Part shown: piece after piece, positions 26,483-33,897 of the stretch
Numbering within the stretch: position 1 is the stretch's first letter
How the letters are laid out: each line of letters starts with the position of its first letter
From: an uncultured Chthonomonadaceae bacterium
GTDB taxonomy: Bacteria > Armatimonadota > Chthonomonadetes > Chthonomonadales > Chthonomonadaceae
Reading direction: 5' to 3'
Assembly (NCBI GenBank): GCA_963835065.1
Contig: CAWIEK010000004.1
Location: forward strand, 1 to 33,897
Length of the DNA: 33,897 nt
Position numbers and translations under genes: made by a program
Notes under the pieces: generated by a model
Told to the model about the DNA's origin: nothing
What the model saw: only the letters and a program-made list of their open reading frames with translations
The model's database searches: none

Positions 26483-27079
26483 TTATTGCGTCACGGTAAT
26501 GGTAATCGGGGCGGAAACCGGGGTCGGGACGCTGTTTGCCACGCGGTTGCCGTTGTCGTACAGCAGTTCGGGGAGGCTGGCGTAAATCTGGTACGTTCCC
26601 GGCGGCAGCGCGCTCACCTGGGGCGGGCTGTCGGGCGAGGGCGTGTAGGGAAACACGTAATTGAACGTTTTGGTTTGCCCCCCCGCATAGGTGTCAAAGC
26701 CTACGACCTGCGGAAACACCTGCTTGTGTCCCGGCCAGTATTCATAGGCCACGATTTTGCCGTCTTGCGCGATGGTATAGCCCCACCATGCAATCTGCGA
26801 CACGGTGGGGAAACTCACCATGCTTTGCGAACCGGAGGAGTTGCTGACGGTCACGGTCAAGTTAATCGTGTCGCCCGTCTTGTACGTGGTTTTATCCGCG
26901 CTGATTTGAAAGCGCAGGGTGGACAGATTGGTGGCGGGCGGCAGCGCGCGGCCATCCGGGGAGTAGTTATTTGGAATTAGGACTGCCTTGGGACTGCTTC
27001 CGCCCCCGCAGCCCGGCAAACATACGCTCATTACGGAAGCGACAAGCGCTGCGCCCATCAAAGCCAAAAGTCGGGACAT
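26483..27079 (-). CDS. Lipoprotein with an Ig-like (BsuPI-like) domain
   Basis: The lipobox LPGC follows a hydrophobic stretch. It contains DKTTYKTGDTINLTVTVSN and LPPGTYQIYA. The RBS is AAGGAG. Confidence 0.75.
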   Translation of the reverse strand: MSRLLALMGAALVASVMSVCLPGCGGGSSPKAVLIPNNYSPDGRALPPATNLSTLRFQISADKTTYKTGDTINLTVTVSNSSGSQSMVSFPTVSQIAWWGYTIAQDGKIVAYEYWPGHKQVFPQVVGFDTYAGGQTKTFNYVFPYTPSPDSPPQVSALPPGTYQIYASLPELLYDNGNRVANSVPTPVSAPITITVTQ

Positions 27080-27195
27080 GAGTACCCTCTCCTTCGTAGA
27101 AAATGCGCGCTGTTCCACGCTTCCGAACGCCTGTGAGAAAGCCGTTCGCTTTCAAGCCGCTTGCAGCAGCGCCGATGTGATGGGGGGAAATTGGG

Positions 27196-27312
27196 AAGGA
27201 TGAAGGATGAGGGGAAAGACAGTGATGAGTGCTGAGTGATAAGTGATGAATTTGCATCCTATTCATCACTTATCATTCATCATTCATCGTTTGTTCCTCA
27301 TCCTTCATCCTT
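27196..27312. repeat. Nested heptamer hairpin element (family B, copy 3)
   Basis: An outer perfect 17-bp stem AAGGATGAAGGATGAGG/CCTCATCCTTCATCCTT encloses an inner ~30-bp TGATGAG stem with a 9-nt loop. It abuts the WecA-like stop codon. Confidence 0.9.
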
Positions 27313-28303
27313 AGTGTGTGCCTCGTCCGGCGTGGAACACGGCCAGCGCGGTGATGCACAGCAGCAGGGTCATGCTGTAAATGAACCAGACCACCTGCTT
27401 TTGGCTCCAGCCTAGCGCGAGCAGGCGATGGTGCAGGTGACGCTTGTCCGCAGCCGTCAGTTTCGCGCCGTCCATCAGGCGGCGCGTCAGCACATGGGCG
27501 TAATCGAAAATGGGCACACCCAGCACGAGAACCGGAACCAGGACAGACACCGCCGCCGCCGCTTTGAACGCGCCCATAATGGAAATCGCCGCCAATGCCA
27601 GGCCAAGCACCTGCGCGCCGATAGTTCCCATGATGATTTTGGCGGGATAATAGTTGTGGCGCAGAAAGCCCAGACACGCGCCCATGACCGCAGCCGCAAG
27701 CAGCGCCAGCGTCGGGCCATCATGGGAGCGCAGCATGGTTGCCATTAAAGCGAGGGTTGCGGCGGAAATCGCGCACACGCCCGACGCCAGGCCGTCCACG
27801 CCGTCAATCGCGTCAACGGTTTTGGTCACCGTAAACACCCAGGTTACGGTCAGCACAACCGAGATCATCGGGGTCAGTTCGTGCCAGGTGCTGCTGCCCA
27901 CGCCGAACGGATTGGTGATGCCCTCGATACGAACGCCGAATTTCACCAGAATCAGCGCGGCAATGATAATGGCAAGCGCCTGCCATTTGGCCGACAGGTC
28001 TTTGAAATCGTCAATGAGGCTGGTGATGGCAATAAAGGTTGTGGCAATGAGCATGCCTATGACGGGCATCGTCCACGTATGCTGTCCCGTGTTGACGTGC
28101 CGGACGCTGACAGTCAGCAGCACGGCAATCACGAAGCCGAGATAGATGGCGATGCCCCCGGCGCGCGGAATCGGCTTGACGTTGACGCGGCGCTCGTCCG
28201 GCATGTCTATCGGACCGCGCTTTTCCACCCACGCGCGCACGATGGGCGTAGTGGCGGAAGTCAGGAACGCGGCCACAAAGGCCGCAATGATTATGCCATA
28301 CAT
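27311..28303 (-). CDS. Undecaprenyl-phosphate GlcNAc-1-phosphate transferase (WecA/TagO; MraY-like family)
   Basis: Motifs IPRAGGIAI, LIDD, IDGVDGLA, PAKIIMG and ADKRHLHHRL are present, with many TM helices. Confidence 0.92.
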   Translation of the reverse strand: MYGIIIAAFVAAFLTSATTPIVRAWVEKRGPIDMPDERRVNVKPIPRAGGIAIYLGFVIAVLLTVSVRHVNTGQHTWTMPVIGMLIATTFIAITSLIDDFKDLSAKWQALAIIIAALILVKFGVRIEGITNPFGVGSSTWHELTPMISVVLTVTWVFTVTKTVDAIDGVDGLASGVCAISAATLALMATMLRSHDGPTLALLAAAVMGACLGFLRHNYYPAKIIMGTIGAQVLGLALAAISIMGAFKAAAAVSVLVPVLVLGVPIFDYAHVLTRRLMDGAKLTAADKRHLHHRLLALGWSQKQVVWFIYSMTLLLCITALAVFHAGRGTH

Positions 28304-28406
28304 TTCCGTACCCCGGCGGCTTGCCTGTCCAAACGTTTAATCGAAAGAGCCGCTGTCAGGTGTTACTTATCCCTTATCCCTTACACCTTATCCCTCGTTA
28401 CGCGGG

Positions 28407-29244
28407 CTATTTGACGGCTCCGTTGCCCAGCAAGTCTTTCACGCTTTTTTGTTCCGTCACTCCCGGCGGCGGCGTAAACACAAAGGCTTTGTCGTCGGCA
28501 GGCGCGTTAGGCTTGACATCAATGGCGCTGGCGCGCATGGTAAGCGTAACGGCCAGCCGCGCTTTGACGATCTTGCCGTCCTTTTGCTTCATCGGCTGCT
28601 GCAGCATCCCGCCAATCTGCGCTTCCACTTTTTGCAGCAGGAAACTGGCCTTGTCAATGTAGAGCGTCCAGCGCGCGCCCTTGCGCGTGAACATATTTTT
28701 GGCGGCATTTGCCGGCGGGTCGCCCGTCCAGGCTCCGCTCACAATCGTCACGGGGCGTCCGTTGACGCTGCCGCTGCCCTGCACCTTCAGGTTGGTCAGT
28801 TGGGGCGGCAGGGACGTTGCGCTTAAAAAATAAAGGGGGTCCAGCATGCTGTCAATACCGGCGCGCTCCCGCAGCAGGGGCATCATGGCGTTGATGTTGG
28901 GAGCCGTCGTTCCCGTGGAGTATTTTTTGAAATTCTCCATATACACGACCATTTTGCCGCCGTCGCTAGTACACTTCCGTCTGATTGGTACGGGAGGACA
29001 TTTTCAGCGCGATCTTGTTCGGGCGCTTGTACGTAAAGTCGGCGGAAACCGCACCGAGCAGTTTGCTGTTTTTCGCCGACGTGACATTGATATCCGTGCT
29101 GAGTTTGCCGGAATAGGAGGCGAGGTCATGGTACGCCTTGAGGGTTTTTTCCAGCAGCGCCTTGCCGTCCTGCGCCTGCGCCTGTGCGCCTGTCCCTGCG
29201 ATGCTCATCCCTCCGATAACCGCTAAAACCGCCCATTGCCGCAT
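28407..29244 (-). CDS. LolA-like / DUF2092 exported protein, with a frameshift at about 28968
   Basis: A signal peptide and YKRPNKIA are followed by GTG TAC T AGC GAC GGC (one extra base restores VYSDGGK). The C-terminus is FVFTPPPG. Confidence 0.75.
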
Positions 29245-29260
29245 GTCGTTCGTCCTTCTT

Positions 29261-29395
29261 CATCAGGCATTAGGCATTAGATTTACATATTAGGCATTAG
29301 GAGCCGGGTTCATATCTTCTGCCTTGTACCTTGTGTCTAATACCTGATGCCTGATGCCTGATGCCTGATGCCTGATACGTGAATGCCTAATGCCT
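29261..29395. repeat. GGCATYA heptamer hairpin element (family A, copy 3) in the leader of the LolA-like gene
   Basis: CATCAGGCATTAGGCATTAG..TTAGGCATTAGG is inverted against (CCTGATG)x4...TGCCTAATGCCT. Confidence 0.88.
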
Positions 29396-29401
29396 TTCAA
29401 C

Positions 29402-29430
29402 AGTATAGCAGACAGCGTCCTTTGCGTCAA
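29402..29430 (-). promoter_or_regulatory. sigma70 promoter for the LolA-like/WecA-like genes
   Basis: TTGACG (29425-29430), a 17-bp spacer and TATACT (29402-29407). Confidence 0.75.
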
Positions 29431-29496
29431 CAGGCGGCCTTGTTTTCCCGCTATTTTGTCTGGTACAGGGGCAGAAAGGAATTTAACCATCCTAAA

Positions 29497-29551
29497 GGGG
29501 ATAGGTTCCCCTTCTCCCGAAGTTGGGAGAAGGGGTTATGGGGTTGAGGGC
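29497..29551. repeat. Family H palindromic repeat, copy 3
   Basis: GGGGATAGGTTCCCCTTCTCCCGAAGTTGGGAGAAGGGGTTATGGGGTTGAGGGC lies next to a stop codon. Confidence 0.72.
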
Positions 29552-29553
29552 AT

Positions 29554-32500
29554 TTAGAAGGTGAGGGTCAGGGTGGGCTTGTTGGAAGCGGCTTCCCAAC
29601 TCTCGAAGGTCAGGTAGACGTTTTGCGGGCTGGCATCTATCATCTGGAGCGTCACCACTTTGCCCAGGTTGGCCGCGATGAACGCCGAGAGGTCGAAAGA
29701 GGCTTTGGTTCCCGCTGCGAGCGAGATGCTCTGAGAGGTGAGGAACGCGCCCGTACTGGAAAAATTCGTCCGGTTCAGGCCGGGCGCATTGTTCCAGGTG
29801 ATTGTCGACTCGCTCCAGGTCGCCCCGGCAATGCTGTACAGATTGACGTTTTCCGCCGACGTGGTGGGATTGGAGGCGGAGTCTACGGTCAGCGCGAGCA
29901 GGGCTTTCGTGGGCGTTTTGGTTACGGCTGTCAGGTCGAACTTCAGGTAAATGCTGCGATTGTAAACGCTTGTGGAGTCGTTGGTGACTTTCTTGACAAT
30001 CAGCAGCGTCTGGCTCCCGAAGTTGCTGTTGGCGTTGTCGCCGGCCTGCACATAAGCGTCGGCGGTGGGAAACAGGACTTGCATGGTCGGCGGGGCCGGG
30101 GCTTGCACGGTCAGGGCTGCCGTTTTGGTGACGCCCGCATAAATGGCGGAAATGGTTACGCCTGCGTTTGCGGTCACGGTTTTGGTCGTTACCGTAAACG
30201 TCGTGGAGGTCGCGCCTGCCGCAATCGTGACGGTGGCGGGAACGGTTGCCGCCAAAGTATTGCTGCTCGTCAGTGTGACAATCGCGCCCCCGGTTGGAGC
30301 GGGCGAATTCAGCGCCAGCGTACCCTGCACAGACGTGCCGCCCGTCACGGTTGTCGGGTTGAGCGCGAGGGATTGCAGCGACGCGAAGGGCGTTGCGGCA
30401 ACTTCGCTGGAGTTCGGGCCGATCCCTCCCGAATTGGCGGCGTCCACCACATAGTAGTAGGTGACGCCGTTCGTTAGAAGCGTATCCAGGTACGTGGTCG
30501 TGGTGACGTTGGAAGCAATCGTCGTATACGGCCCGCCGTGTACGGTGGCGCGTTTGACCACATATTGCGAGATGCCGCTTACGGCGCTCCAGGACACGCT
30601 CACCTGCGTCGCGCCGGGAGCCGCCGCCACGTTTGCCGGAGCGGTCGTTGGCTGCGGCTGCGGGACAAGCTGTTCCGCGCTGACCGACAGGATTGGGTCC
30701 GTATTGGCGTAACCCCGCACCAGGAGCGAGGAGAAGTTCATCGTGGTGCTGTTGCCGGGAGCGGCGTAGGCGAACAGCCAGGGCTTGAGGCTGACAGTGG
30801 GAATGACGGTGCTGATCGTCTGCCAGGGGCTGTTGTCGCTCTGGCCTTTGACCAGACCTGCAGAAATAAAGGCCACGCGCTGCGTGTGCCAGCCGGTGTC
30901 AATGGACTGCGGCAGGGCAAGGAGGGACTGATCGGGCGCATACGTGGTGTCGAAAAGCCAGTAGGGAGAGTTGTAGTCATACATGCGCAGCAGTTGGGTG
31001 CGGTCTTCGATGCCGAACCCGAATTCTCCCGCATGATTGCCGGTTCCATCCGCGTTGTTGCGGCGCACTGACACTTCCATCGTATGCCCGGCCCCGAAGG
31101 AGCGCCGCCCGACGAGCGTTTCATAGGAGCCGACGCCCGAATTCAGGGTAAGCACATTGTTGGCGACGCTGAAGCTGCCGCCTTCGCCTGACTGCGCGGG
31201 ATGGCCCCACTTGTTGTAGTCCACGCTCGTACCGGAGAAATCATCGTAGTAGTCGAACACCTGAAAGGGATCAAAGCCTTTCGCTGTGGAAACCGCGTTC
31301 ATGGTCGCCACGCTCCAATCCGCGGCATTGGAGTAGGGAAAGAACCAGATGCCGGCGTAGTTGAGCGCGCCCTTGCTGATGGCGCCCCGGAAGGCGTTGG
31401 CGGCGTCCCATTCCCCCGTCGTGCCGCGCCCGTAAACGATGTGCTGCTTGGTAAACGTCTGGTAGTCTTTGGTGGTCACAAAGCCGACTTCCCAGGGCTG
31501 ATCCGAGGTCGCGCCGCCCGTGTAGAAAATGTAGGCCGTGCCGTCAAGCTCGACGCAGAACGGGTCGGCAACGGTGGCGGCGTCCCAGGCGGGCGCGGGG
31601 CTGAAATCAATGATCGGATTGCCGGCAAACTTCGTCCAGGGGCCGGTAGGGCTGTTGGCAACGGCGTACCCCACGCGCTCGATGTTGACCGCGTCCGCCC
31701 CCGCGTCGCCCATGTAAAGCATGATCCACTTGTTGATAATGGTGGAGTAGTAGACATAGGGTTCCGCATCCGGGACTGCTCCCAATCACCGGGCAGGCGC
31801 GACGCCGAAAGCGGGGATTGCCGCTGTAGCGGGTGTAGGGGCCGGTGACGCTGGCAGCGGTGGCGACGCCAAGCGCATTGTTATCGCCATAAATGTCTGT
31901 GCCCCCGGTGTAATACAGGAACCAGGTTCCGTTGTTTTGTATCAGGTGCGGCGCGTACACCGTGTTGGCGTCCCAGGAACCGGCGGGGCGAGCGGCAGGA
32001 TCGTTCCCGATCCGTCCAGGGGCCGAGCGGCGAGGACGCGGAAGACATATTCACGGTGTTGATGACGCCATTGACGACGGGACAGTAGATCACGTAAAAC
32101 TTGTTCGTCGCCGCATCATAAACCATGTTTTCGGCCACGCCATGCCCGATGGGGGCGGTAGGGCGATTGAACAGGCCGGTCGGGGGCAGGGTAAAGGTGG
32201 CCGGGGCGCTGTTGCCGTAATAGAGATAAATGGATTTGGCTTGGGCGCCGGGAATGGTGGGAACGCGAAACCCAGATGGTGGCCATGTGGCTCGTCTGGC
32301 TGTCGTATTGTTGAATATGGTAGAGGAATGAGGCTGACGCCATCGGCATCGGTGACGCGCAAGTCGGAGCCATCGGCAAGCGGCCGGGTAAAATGGAGGT
32401 TCGCGTTGGTGAGAGAAATCTTCACCTGAAACGAGGTCAGGTCGGTCAAGTTGGCCGTATTATCAACGTTAATGGTGCGGCGGTATTTCCAGGCGTTATT

Positions 32501-32584
32501 GTACCAGGTGGCCGGCGCGCAGTTACTAATCTGCGCGGCCAGAATCAGGGACATAATCCGCAGTAACAACAGTATTCTTTTCAT
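29554..32584 (-). CDS. Secreted multidomain protein (DUF2341-like, five-bladed beta-propeller glycosidase-like, FnIII, Ig-like, DNRLRE/CBM96-like) with at least 4 frameshifts in 31780-32330
   Basis: It contains a signal peptide, WYNNAWKYRRTI, DGSDLRVTD, IYLYYGN, propeller motifs (GPWTK..GNPI, WDA..VADP), FnIII NGVTYYYVVDA and PTADAYV...YLKFDL. Confidence 0.75.
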
Positions 32585-33265
32585 TCAAATCCTCAGCGAT
32601 AGTGAAATCGGGAGGCGTTTTTGGCGTTGCCGGGCGTCAGTCGCAGGCGGGCGCGTTTGCGGCCTTCAGCGAAGAAGATAGCGGCCTCCGGGAGAGCGTT
32701 TCTCCGTAATTTCAGTTATGTCAAACAACGTGATGTTCGCGAACAGGCGCAGTTATGCAGGCAGGCGCAACTGCGCTCCGGCAAGCCGGAGGCATAGCCC
32801 TGCCGCGCATGCGTTTACGCGCAGAGTGGCGATTTGCCGCTCTATCGGCGCAAAGCATTGGGGCGAGACAACGTTGTGAAATTTTAAATCGGGGACGAGA
32901 AAATCTGCGTCGAAGCGGACTGGCCGGTTATTCCAACCGAGACAACAAACGAGAACATCGACACCGGGGTAACACGCAAGCCGACTGTCTGACACTGCCA
33001 TTCCTTATCCACAGATTCCAAACCAACGAAATGACCTTATCGGGATACTTCCGTAGAAATGGAAGCGATGAGTATTCTGGCGGCGCAGGACACATTTGAA
33101 AGGTTGAGAGGAAGAATTCTTGAAAAACAATTTGGCGGAATCAGGAACAAGACGTGGCCAAGTTTGGACATCAAACTTGCATTAAACACTGTAATGCGTA
33201 TTTTGCTGAATATCCGCGCCGTTTCTCTGCTTTGCCCTTTTCTCAATTTTCACAAGTTTTTCTCA

Positions 33266-33897
33266 ATGAAGAAAACGTGTCCGTAGTTGTCGCCTCCCCC
33301 ATTTTGGCGGGGTTGTGTCTCGTCGCTGTTTCAGCGGCGCAAGCGCAAACACTCTCTCTGGGTTCGTCTACAGGATGCCACTATCGCCAATGCTGGCCCA
33401 GGCTAACTTAAATTTTGGCATGTCTGACGAACTGCTCGTCAACTGGACCCACTTTCTGAGCAACATTTCGCGCGGGTTGATCCAGTTTAACCTCGGCTCG
33501 CTTCCCGGTTCCGCCACTATCACCGGCGCGACCCTTACGCTGGTTCGACCATCAATGACGGCTACGGCAAGGCATACAGCTTGTATCGTAATACCGATGC
33601 CTGGGATGAGGCCACTGTAACCTACAACACGCGCCCTGCCTTTGACGCGCCGACGGTCTCTACGCTGGCTATCAATGACCACACTATCAGTCCGCGCTCG
33701 TGGGATGTTACAAATGTCGTACAGGGGTGGTACAGCGGCGCGTATGCCAACGATGGCCTGACGCTGATCCAGACTCCAGAACTGGCAGAAGATTACACTT
33801 TTTTCTTCAGCAGCAAAGCCTTTTATTTAATAGACCGTCCCGTTCTGACCGTCACCTATACAACCCCCGTTCCCGAACTCGGCAGCATTGCCCTCCT
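33266..33897 (+). CDS. DNRLRE-domain PEP-CTERM protein, frameshifted and truncated by the window end
   Basis: Fragments read SAAQAQ, QDATI, RGLIQFNL, ITGATLTL, AWDEATVTYNTRP, WDVTNVVQGW and RPVLTVTYTTPVPELGSIAL. Confidence 0.75.

Noticed and set aside
33165..33181. sigma54-like TGGACATCAAACTTGCA upstream of the PEP-CTERM gene
   Set aside because: The GG-to-GC spacing is one base off the strict -24/-12 requirement.

Overview
This is a moderately GC-rich bacterial chromosome segment. The 16S 5' sequence and gene style suggest Armatimonadota (Chthonomonas-like), which is an inference. Most genes lie on the minus strand. From left to right: the 5' end of a 16S rRNA gene with three tandem sigma70 promoters; an orphan DNA methyltransferase; a frameshifted secreted beta-helix protein; decayed toxin-antitoxin-like genes; asnS; a polysaccharide deacetylase; an unusual HhH-RodA/FtsW-PBP triple fusion; secG with three tatA/B paralogs; a PfkB kinase; tRNA-Leu(CAG); an HAF-repeat protein; a BlaI/BlaR1(M56) pair with TACAnnTGTA operators; a PhyH dioxygenase; large secreted glycan-active proteins; a PD-(D/E)XK-like protein; a lipoprotein; a WecA/TagO transferase; a LolA-like protein; and a PEP-CTERM protein. 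The most striking signal is a set of short hairpin elements built from 7-10 bp tandem repeats, in several sequence families. They occur between genes, fill 5' leaders, sit in frame inside the peptidoglycan synthase fusion, and interrupt helix 10 of the 16S rRNA gene. Their mismatches mostly form G.T wobbles on the + (antisense) strand. Several frameshifts may be sequencing errors.
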